Source: a virus
Lineage: Duplodnaviria > Caudoviricetes
Direction: 5' to 3' (one strand)
DNA length: 63,635 nucleotides
IMG/VR virus record: IMGVR_UViG_3300017734_000002
Coordinates: 1 to 63,635 of that record
Both the position numbers and the translations under genes were made by a program. The notes below the pieces were generated by a model. The model had not been told where the DNA came from. It ran no database searches and was given only the letters and a program-made list of their open reading frames with translations. Positions 14,833 to 22,639 of this stretch are shown here, one piece after another (positions within the stretch are counted from its first letter, which is position 1; every line of letters starts with the position of its first letter).

Positions 14833-16398
14833 ATGGAATATCACAATCCCAGTGAACTTGTCAAAGAATTATCTTTTGGCGACGAAGCTAAAAACAAAGT
14901 AATACAAGGTGTAGATAAACTAGCAAGAGCAGTTAAGTCTACATTAGGAGCATCAGGTAAGTGTGTAATATTTGAAGATGCCCGTGGAAAACCGGTGATA
15001 ACAAAAGACGGTGTAACCGTTGCGGAAAGCGTAGTCTTACTTGATCCGGTTGAAAACATAGGGGCAACACTTATTAAAGAAGCTGCTAGAAATACAGTGA
15101 AAGAAGCAGGAGACGGTACTACTACAGCTACCGTCCTTGCTGAATCACTACTAAAAGAAGCAACAAAAGCTAAAGAGTCTATAAGAGATACTAAAGCCGG
15201 TATTGCCTCTTATGCTAAAAAAATAAATAAATACCTAGACGATATAGCTATACCTGTAGAAGGTGAGATGTTAAAAGACGTAGCGGCTATATCTTGTAAC
15301 AATGATTTAAAATTAGGTAGTATAATATCTGAAGCCTACGAAAAAGTAGGTAAATCAGGTGTGGTACTGATGGAAGAGTCAGATACAGAAAAGACGTACG
15401 TTGAAATCGTAGATGGAGTACAGTTAGAATCTGGCTTAAAATCACCACACCTTATAACAGATAAAGATAAACAACGAACAGTGCTAGATAAACCACTGGT
15501 TTTAATAGTAGCATCGGAAATACCTAATATACGTAAGATACAACCTATATTAGAACATGTTATAAAAAACAAAAGATCATTACTTATAGTGGCTGAGGTT
15601 AGCACTCAGGTGTCATCTACGTTATTAATGAACAAAGTTAAGGGTAATATCAAGGTAAATTACATTGATCCACCAGGTTTTGGTTCAACAAAGCAAAGTA
15701 CACTTGAAGATTTAGCGTTTTTAACAGGCGCTACAATAATGGATGAGAACTTAGGTGATGATTTAGACCTTATTAACCCTGATTGTTTAGGTGAAGTACA
15801 AAAATCAGTCACAGATGATAAAACTACAGTTCTAACCACAATTGATTTAGGCTTAGATTTGCAAAAAAGGATTGAAAGTGTACAAAAAAGCATAAAAAAA
15901 GAAAAAAATCAGTTTATAAAACGTAGACTAGACCAGAGGTTAGCCATGTTAAGTGGTTCAGTTGGGCTAGTTAGGGTTGGCGCTGACTCAAAAGTGGAGT
16001 TGAAGGAGAAAAAAGACAGAATAGAAGATGCTATTTACGCTGTTAAGGCCGCCTTGAAAGAAGGAATAGTCCCGGGCGGTGGCGTTGCATTAGTCGATGC
16101 TGTCAGAAACAATAAGCCTGTCACCGAAGGTGAAGAAATATTGTCAAAGGCTGTTTTAGCTCCATTTTTTACGATATTAGATAACGCTGGTCTTAAAAAA
16201 ATACCAGTTTTAGAGTTAGAAGATGGCGAGGGAATGGATGTAACTTGTGGTTGCATGAAAAATATGATAGATGCTGGCATTATTGACCCGGTTTTGGTTA
16301 CAAAGTCAGCTTTAAAAAACGCTATATCAGTAGTTTCTACTATAATTTCAGCAGATTGTGTAATTTCTAATATAAGAATTGAAAATGCAAGCAGTTAA
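14833..16398 (+). CDS. groEL: Phage chaperonin GroEL
   Basis: ITKDGVTVA, AGDGTTTATVLA, PPGFG, EKKDRIEDA, EGIVPGGG, GIIDP motifs. Confidence 0.96.
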   Translation: MEYHNPSELVKELSFGDEAKNKVIQGVDKLARAVKSTLGASGKCVIFEDARGKPVITKDGVTVAESVVLLDPVENIGATLIKEAARNTVKEAGDGTTTATVLAESLLKEATKAKESIRDTKAGIASYAKKINKYLDDIAIPVEGEMLKDVAAISCNNDLKLGSIISEAYEKVGKSGVVLMEESDTEKTYVEIVDGVQLESGLKSPHLITDKDKQRTVLDKPLVLIVASEIPNIRKIQPILEHVIKNKRSLLIVAEVSTQVSSTLLMNKVKGNIKVNYIDPPGFGSTKQSTLEDLAFLTGATIMDENLGDDLDLINPDCLGEVQKSVTDDKTTVLTTIDLGLDLQKRIESVQKSIKKEKNQFIKRRLDQRLAMLSGSVGLVRVGADSKVELKEKKDRIEDAIYAVKAALKEGIVPGGGVALVDAVRNNKPVTEGEEILSKAVLAPFFTILDNAGLKKIPVLELEDGEGMDVTCGCMKNMIDAGIIDPVLVTKSALKNAISVVSTIISADCVISNIRIENASS

Positions 16399-16642
16399 TT
16401 ATTATATCGTAGTAGAAAATATAAAAGTAGAGCCGAAGAAAGTAGGTGGACTTATATTAACAGAAAAAACTGATACTGACAATAGATATATAAAAGCTAA
16501 AATACTTTCAATAGGTAATTTAGTAAAAGGAGTTGGCAAAGGTGATGTAGTTTACTATGACAAACATGCTGGTCATAGCATACAGGTAAAAGACGATTTG
16601 TATAAAGTAATACAAGTTGGTGATGTAGTTTTAGTTGAATGA
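16385..16642 (+). CDS. groES: Co-chaperonin GroES
   Basis: KKVGGLIL mobile loop, ILSIG..V..GDVVYY; overlaps the groEL end; ATG at 16385. Confidence 0.88.
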   Translation: MQAVNYYIVVENIKVEPKKVGGLILTEKTDTDNRYIKAKILSIGNLVKGVGKGDVVYYDKHAGHSIQVKDDLYKVIQVGDVVLVE

Positions 16643-17079
16643 GACTAACAGCACAAGATTTAAGAGATATGAATTTATTTAAGTATTACAGGCTCGTACG
16701 CAAATGGGCCTGTAAAACTTATAATCTCAAAGACGCTGATTTAGAACTTTTAATCTATTTAGATTGCAAATCGCGATTTACACGTAATAACTTTATAGAG
16801 GGCGTATATACTTACTCGTGGGATAAAAACAGATGGGAAAGGCTTCGTAGAGAAGGTTGGATCGATGTTTGGCGAGAAAGAAATAGAACTTCACAAAAAT
16901 ACGCTATCTACAAAACATCATTTAAATGCAGTCAACTTATATCAAGAATATATAGAATACTTTTAGCAGAAGAGGACTTACCTACTTCAGAAAGAAGTAA
17001 ATTTTATAAAAATAAATCATATACAGACAAAGTCTATAATAAATCTATAGACGATATGATAAAAGATAAAAACAGATAA
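16639..17079 (+). CDS. Probable winged-helix DNA-binding protein
   Basis: LKDADLELLIYL...ERLRREGWI pattern similar to MarR-like wHTH. Confidence 0.5.
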   Translation: MRLTAQDLRDMNLFKYYRLVRKWACKTYNLKDADLELLIYLDCKSRFTRNNFIEGVYTYSWDKNRWERLRREGWIDVWRERNRTSQKYAIYKTSFKCSQLISRIYRILLAEEDLPTSERSKFYKNKSYTDKVYNKSIDDMIKDKNR

Positions 17080-17081
17080 TT

Positions 17082-17306
17082 ATGAAAGGAATAGGTCCAA
17101 ACAATTTGGGTATGTCAAAGTCTTCAGGTAACTACTGCTGTGGAATACCAGACTGCGATCATACGGGTAGTGCAGCTAAATTTAACGATAAGCTAGAAAG
17201 TCAAGCAATGAAAGGTAATTTACCTGAAAATTTTGCTAAAGCAGTTATGGAAAATAAAGAAAAGTCTGCCACACCGTTAAAAAAAGGTTGCACTTCAAAA
17301 AAATAA
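17082..17306 (+). CDS. Small basic protein
   Basis: MKGIGPNNLG start resembles 62467 (MRTKGCGPRNLG); TPLK motif. Confidence 0.6.
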   Translation: MKGIGPNNLGMSKSSGNYCCGIPDCDHTGSAAKFNDKLESQAMKGNLPENFAKAVMENKEKSATPLKKGCTSKK

Positions 17307-17308
17307 AA

Positions 17309-17677
17309 ATGTCATTTAAGCTACCCAACACTATAAACAGTTTACTAGGACTAGATCCTGTGACAACTACTTATTCAAATCCTGTATTTTTAAAAGATCT
17401 ACCAGGCGAGATAAAAGGTGAGGCTAATACTGACGGTACTACGTATGTGGACAAGTCTTTATCAGCAAAAGATAGAGTAGAGGTAAAAAAGCATGAAGAC
17501 GTACACCATGATCAAATGGGTCAAAACAGACTCGCGTATGACAATAAAAACGTTTATTGGAAAAAAGACACAGGTAGTCCTATGAAAATATTTTCAAGAG
17601 AAGTGATGGAAGAAGGCAATCACAGCCTACAATGGGAAGCTGAAGCTCACTTAAAACACAAACCAGTAAAAAAATAA
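17309..17677 (+). CDS. Putative zincin metallopeptidase
   Basis: GEA..G..YV, HEDVH (HExxH) and downstream WEAEAH; likely start MSFKLP. Confidence 0.6.
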   Translation: MSFKLPNTINSLLGLDPVTTTYSNPVFLKDLPGEIKGEANTDGTTYVDKSLSAKDRVEVKKHEDVHHDQMGQNRLAYDNKNVYWKKDTGSPMKIFSREVMEEGNHSLQWEAEAHLKHKPVKK

Positions 17678-17680
17678 AAA

Positions 17681-17968
17681 ATGTCAAATAAAAACAGATC
17701 AAACTACACACCGTTTAATATCTACCAAAAGAGAAAAATGGCAGAAGATGAAAAATCAGGAACACCGCTAAAGAGTATCTATGCTAAAAACCATAATATG
17801 TTTAGTAAAGGTGTAGGTCATCTTAGAGCAGGTTTAGATAGTGGTTTTGAACTAGCTGAAGGACAAAAAAGAAAAAAACCGCCAGCAATAGTAAACTCAC
17901 CTGATGAAAGTGGTGGTGGTGCTAAAGGCGCTGAAGGAGTTGATTTAAGTAATTCAAAAAATCAATAA
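17681..17968 (+). CDS. Small hydrophilic protein
   Basis: 95 aa, TPF/TPLK motifs. Confidence 0.6.
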   Translation: MSNKNRSNYTPFNIYQKRKMAEDEKSGTPLKSIYAKNHNMFSKGVGHLRAGLDSGFELAEGQKRKKPPAIVNSPDESGGGAKGAEGVDLSNSKNQ

Positions 17969-17979
17969 ATAAATAAATT

Positions 17980-18885
17980 ATGAGAAAAGCAAAAGGAACA
18001 CCATTTAAACTAAGGTCTGCTAGTCCATTTAAGAAAGATGGAGATCCTATAAAAAAAGATCTAGGTAAAAAAGTAAACGATGCAAATCATTTAGTGAATG
18101 TGTCAGAAGAAAGAATCACTGTACCAGATTACAGTGGTAACCCAGGTAAAGTTGTCAAAGCTTCTAAAGAGCGCTGTGGTATTGAGGTTCCTATGGACGA
18201 CCCTAGATGTGTAGCTTATTCTAAAATGAGTGACGATGAAATAAAAGCTTCTGAGCAGAAGCAAGGACTTAGAGAAGGTTATGAGCCACCGGTAGAAGGC
18301 GGTGATAGTGTATCTTATAAAGAAGAAAATATAGCCTCTCCTGGTAAACCTGGTGATAAAATGGATCCATTTACATCTTCTGAATATAGAGTACAAACTA
18401 GATTAGGTAAAGTTGCAGGAAATCAAGCTGTAAAAGCTGCAAGAAAGCAGAAGAGAAATATGACTGATGCTGATTTTGACGCTACAAATGATCAAAGAGT
18501 AAAAGATGGTTTAAAACCATTTAAAAACAAAAGAGCTTGGTTTAAACAGCAAAAATCAGATATTAGAACAGAGCAAGCGGATGCGCAAAGAGAATCTAGT
18601 AGAAATAGATTTGATCAATTAAATCAAGGTAGAAACGCATCAAGATCTGGTGAACAAATAGAGTACAGAAAAAAAATGAGTAAAGGTTCAGATGGAACTG
18701 ATTTTACAGTCGCAAGTGATAGTGATGTAGAAACTTATGGTAGAACTAGTGATTTAGAAGGGTATAACAGTGGTGATTTTAACTTTAAAGCAATAGGTAA
18801 AAGAGTCGCTGATATGGTCGGAAGAGGCGTTGGTTATGGTAAAAAATCAGGTACACCTTTTAAACTTAATAAATATAAAAAATAA
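17980..18885 (+). CDS. Hydrophilic, probably virion-internal protein
   Basis: GTPFKL at both termini, plus SPFK. Confidence 0.65.
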   Translation: MRKAKGTPFKLRSASPFKKDGDPIKKDLGKKVNDANHLVNVSEERITVPDYSGNPGKVVKASKERCGIEVPMDDPRCVAYSKMSDDEIKASEQKQGLREGYEPPVEGGDSVSYKEENIASPGKPGDKMDPFTSSEYRVQTRLGKVAGNQAVKAARKQKRNMTDADFDATNDQRVKDGLKPFKNKRAWFKQQKSDIRTEQADAQRESSRNRFDQLNQGRNASRSGEQIEYRKKMSKGSDGTDFTVASDSDVETYGRTSDLEGYNSGDFNFKAIGKRVADMVGRGVGYGKKSGTPFKLNKYKK

Positions 18886-19340
18886 TGGCATTTAAACTAA
18901 ACAAATCATCGGAGAACTTATTTCATAAAATAGGTAAATCAAAATCAAAAAACCCCGCTAAAGATCCTATGCTGAATGTAGGTGTGGGTAAAACATCTGC
19001 CTCGGCTTTAAAAAACAAAGGACCAGCTCTAACACCAGTTGTAGAAAAAGGAGTTATACCTTCTGATATGACAACAGGTAGGTCTGGCTATTTAGACGAG
19101 GTTGTTATTAGCTCAAAACCTAAAAAGGATTATAAAACTAGAGTAGAGCATAGATTAGATAAAACTCAAATAAAAGGTCAAGAAGCTGTAGATGATGGTA
19201 ACATTAAAAAAGCTAAAAGACTTCAAAAAAGAAAACAAAGATTACTAGCTAGAAAAGCAAAACAAGACGTTACTAGAGGTAAGAAACAATACGTTAGAAA
19301 AGACAAGAAGTTTTATAGAGACAGAGAAGAAAATGCCTAA
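18885..19340 (+). CDS. Basic hypothetical protein
   Basis: MAFKL start, K/R-rich. Confidence 0.65.
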   Translation: MAFKLNKSSENLFHKIGKSKSKNPAKDPMLNVGVGKTSASALKNKGPALTPVVEKGVIPSDMTTGRSGYLDEVVISSKPKKDYKTRVEHRLDKTQIKGQEAVDDGNIKKAKRLQKRKQRLLARKAKQDVTRGKKQYVRKDKKFYRDREENA

Positions 19341-19791
19341 AAAACAATTTAAAGAAACAACTGTTGGTAAGTTATTACTTGGAGCAGCTGGAATGATAAA
19401 CCCTGCGCTTGGTAGTGTTTTACAAGGTGTTGTATCACCTAAGGACGCTATTGCAGAGATAACAAAATCAGATGTAAGTGTTGAGGATAAAATAAAATTA
19501 CAACAACTAATATACGATCAGCAAAATAAAGAAATAGAAGCTATAACAAATAGATGGCAAGCAGACGCTGCCTCTGATTCATGGCTTAGTAAAAACGTAC
19601 GCCCACTAGTTTTAGTGTGGTGTATTACTATTTTTTCACTTGCAGGTATATTAGATAGTGTTGAAGCAATACCTTTTAATATAGGTGTTACATGGAACGA
19701 TACTTTTGAGAAGGTTATGATGGCTGTTGTATTAGCCTATTTCGGCGGGCGCACGACGGAAAAAGCCACAAGTATGATAAAAAAGAAATAA
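19333..19791 (+). CDS. Holin (3TM/GTA-type)
   Basis: RWQAD..SDSWLSKNVRP, transmembrane segments, AYFGGRT.EK. Confidence 0.75.
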   Translation: MPKKQFKETTVGKLLLGAAGMINPALGSVLQGVVSPKDAIAEITKSDVSVEDKIKLQQLIYDQQNKEIEAITNRWQADAASDSWLSKNVRPLVLVWCITIFSLAGILDSVEAIPFNIGVTWNDTFEKVMMAVVLAYFGGRTTEKATSMIKKK

Positions 19792-19792
19792 A

Positions 19793-20524
19793 ATGGCAAG
19801 AATAAGCACTGTAAAGCTAGATACTAGTGTCGAAGCTGCAGACAGATTACTAGGTTCAAATAGCGGAGGTGCTACAAAAAACTTCCAGGTATCTGATATT
19901 GCTCAGTTTTTAGGTGCTACAAACGCTACTGGTATAGCTGGCTCTGTTCCTTTTAAATACACAAACTCGGCAAATATGTCTCCTGGAACCATGCAGGTAA
20001 AACCATTAATTAATCAGGCTTTTCCAACTACAAATAATGTAAACTTAATAGTAAGTAAGTATCAAAATGGACCAGCTGGTAAGTTAGCTCTATCTGTTTT
20101 AAATACTTATGTAACAAAAGATATTGTAATTTGCCAGGTTCAAGATCCTAGCGTTTTTGCAGTTTATAGAGTAAAAACAATAACTCAAGTAGGTTCTACA
20201 GATTATTATGAAATTTCAATGACTCACCTACAGTCAAACAATAATTCAGACGGCGTAGGTTTTATATCAGATGTTTATTACGTTTTAACACCTTATTCAG
20301 GTGCTCAAGATAAAAATTTTACTTCATCTTTTTCAACTAATGACTTAGTATCTGACTCAGGACAGTATTATTTATTAGTTGATCATAATTTAGGAAAATT
20401 TCCAAACATAACAGTAAAAATAAGCACTGGCTCAATAGTTCAAGTGCCAATAGTACATATAACAAACAATCAATCAAAAGTGTTTTTCAAGGGTTTGAAC
20501 TCTGGAGTGATACACGCAAACTAA
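19793..20524 (+). CDS. Virion structural/tail-associated protein
   Basis: MARIS start, beta-rich, C-terminal HNLGKFPNITV domain. Confidence 0.6.
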   Translation: MARISTVKLDTSVEAADRLLGSNSGGATKNFQVSDIAQFLGATNATGIAGSVPFKYTNSANMSPGTMQVKPLINQAFPTTNNVNLIVSKYQNGPAGKLALSVLNTYVTKDIVICQVQDPSVFAVYRVKTITQVGSTDYYEISMTHLQSNNNSDGVGFISDVYYVLTPYSGAQDKNFTSSFSTNDLVSDSGQYYLLVDHNLGKFPNITVKISTGSIVQVPIVHITNNQSKVFFKGLNSGVIHAN

Positions 20525-20536
20525 CAAAATTTAAAA

Positions 20537-22426
20537 ATGGCAATACAATTTTTACACGACATTGACTTAAACGGCAATGAACTACAAAACATAAAACTGC
20601 ATGTTACGAGTTCAGCTCCCTCTGCGGCAGCTGGTGCAATATTCTTTGACAGTGGTAACAATCTTTTAAAAGTTTGTCTTGACGGTACTAACTTTGTAAC
20701 TGTAGCAACAGGTTCAGATGCAAATACCCAAAACGTTTTTACATCATCTTTCGTAGATAGTAGTAGTGACGCATTGTTAAGACTTACAAAATCTGGAGCT
20801 TCAAGTGGCACGCAAGACATAAAGTTTGTTGCTGGTAATAATATAACTCTTACACCAAATAACGCTGGAGATGAGTTGTCTATTGCAGCATCAACTACAC
20901 CTTTAACTCAAGAACAAGTTGAAGACTTTGTTGGTGGATTAATAACAGGAAATGACGGTGAAGGAATAACAACAACATATGATGATACCAATGGTACGTT
21001 AAAAATTGAAGCTGAAAAAGCATCATCTACAAATCTAGGTGTAGCTAAGTTTAACACAAACAATTTCTCAGTAAGTGTAGCTGGTGATGTTCAAATAAAA
21101 GACAATGGTGTTGCAAATGCCGAACTTGTTAACGATAGTATTACAATTAATGGTACAGCTATAGCGTTAGGTGGTTCTGTAACAACTCCAAACGACAATA
21201 CAGATACATTACAAAACATTTCTGCTGCTACTGATGATGATGATAAATTTGTTACTTTTGTTGAAACAGCAACTGGCGCACAACAAGGTCAATCACAAAG
21301 CAGCTTTAAGTTTAATCCAAGTACTGGTACGTTAAAAGTAACAAACTTAGAAGTATCAGGTACTCAAACAATAAGTAATGAAACAGTACAGGTTGTAGAA
21401 AATAATACAATATTATTTGAAGGAGCTACAGCTGATGATTTTGAAACTAAACTTACGCTTGTAGATCCAACAGCAGATAGAACAATACAATTACCAAACC
21501 AAAGTGGTTTCGTTGCTGTTTTTGATACTGCTTCAACAGCTGCAATAACAGCTACTCCTGCTGAACTTAATACTTTAGATGGTTTTGATGGTGATGTTGA
21601 TGATTTAAAATATGCAAAAGATCTTTACGATACTGGTGTAACAGCAACTGAATTTGATAAACTTGACGGTTCTCTTACTCCTGGAGCTAGTACTGTTATT
21701 AATAGTGATGGTTTCATACATAATGACGGTGGAACCATGAAGCAAACCCAAGTTGGTAAAATTGCTTCACTATTTGCGGGTAATGGTTTAACAGCTACCT
21801 CAGGTGTAATTAACATTGATGCCGCTCAAACTGTAATATCAAGTATATATAATACTGGATTAAAAGTTGGTAAAGCAAGTGATGACGCTAGAATTGATTT
21901 CAGTGCATCAGGCGCTGTAAGTATTATTGCAAACTCAGATGGTCAAGGGGGTGTTAAAGTTCAATCGTCACAACTATCACCAATAACTCACAACTCTGTA
22001 GATCTTGGTAATCAAACTGGTGCTTTTAAAGATCTATACCTTACTGGTTCAATAAAACTTTCTGGTACTACAGTTACTGCTTCAGGTGCTGAACTTAACT
22101 TTGTTGATGGTGTTACATCTAATATTCAAACTCAATTAGATGCTAAAGAATCATCTTCAAACAAAGTAACTAAGAAAATAAGTGGTGATGGAAGTACAAC
22201 AGCTTTTGAGGTAACTCACGGTTTTGGAACACAACTTGTCAGAACTACCGTATTACATTATGGTAATAATGGAAACAGTGCTACTTATCAAAACGTGTAT
22301 GTTGATGTTAAAAACTCAACAACTAGTAACACTTCTAATAATAAAATTACTGTAACATTTGGCAAAGCGCCTTCTAGTACTGAAGACTACTTAGTGCTTG
22401 TTGAGAAATTTCCAGCTGTAAGCTAA
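20537..22426 (+). CDS. Tail fibre protein
   Basis: G/T/S/D-rich fibre sequence, TATPAELN and GVTSNIQTQLDAK motifs. Confidence 0.75.
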   Translation: MAIQFLHDIDLNGNELQNIKLHVTSSAPSAAAGAIFFDSGNNLLKVCLDGTNFVTVATGSDANTQNVFTSSFVDSSSDALLRLTKSGASSGTQDIKFVAGNNITLTPNNAGDELSIAASTTPLTQEQVEDFVGGLITGNDGEGITTTYDDTNGTLKIEAEKASSTNLGVAKFNTNNFSVSVAGDVQIKDNGVANAELVNDSITINGTAIALGGSVTTPNDNTDTLQNISAATDDDDKFVTFVETATGAQQGQSQSSFKFNPSTGTLKVTNLEVSGTQTISNETVQVVENNTILFEGATADDFETKLTLVDPTADRTIQLPNQSGFVAVFDTASTAAITATPAELNTLDGFDGDVDDLKYAKDLYDTGVTATEFDKLDGSLTPGASTVINSDGFIHNDGGTMKQTQVGKIASLFAGNGLTATSGVINIDAAQTVISSIYNTGLKVGKASDDARIDFSASGAVSIIANSDGQGGVKVQSSQLSPITHNSVDLGNQTGAFKDLYLTGSIKLSGTTVTASGAELNFVDGVTSNIQTQLDAKESSSNKVTKKISGDGSTTAFEVTHGFGTQLVRTTVLHYGNNGNSATYQNVYVDVKNSTTSNTSNNKITVTFGKAPSSTEDYLVLVEKFPAVS

Positions 22427-22444
22427 TAAATTAAATAAAATAAA

Positions 22445-22639
22445 ATGATAATTAAAGTAGAATATGATAAGTCAGATGCTACTTTAACGCTCACAAAAGA
22501 TGATGATGTGGTTGCTGTTATCAATGACAATACAGTTGTTGATAATAGCGACAAACTATCATTTGAAATAGCGTTAGATGTATCTCAATATCAAGAACAA
22601 TATAACGAAGCAATAGTAGATGGCGACAATAACGAGTAA
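22445..22639 (+). CDS. Small acidic tail-associated protein
   Basis: 64-aa ORF overlapping the start of the G8-domain gene. Confidence 0.55.
   Translation: MIIKVEYDKSDATLTLTKDDDVVAVINDNTVVDNSDKLSFEIALDVSQYQEQYNEAIVDGDNNE

Noticed and set aside
22183-22207. GDGSTTAF shared with the protein at 41328
   Set aside because: Common short beta-strand motif of phage structural proteins; too short to imply a mechanism
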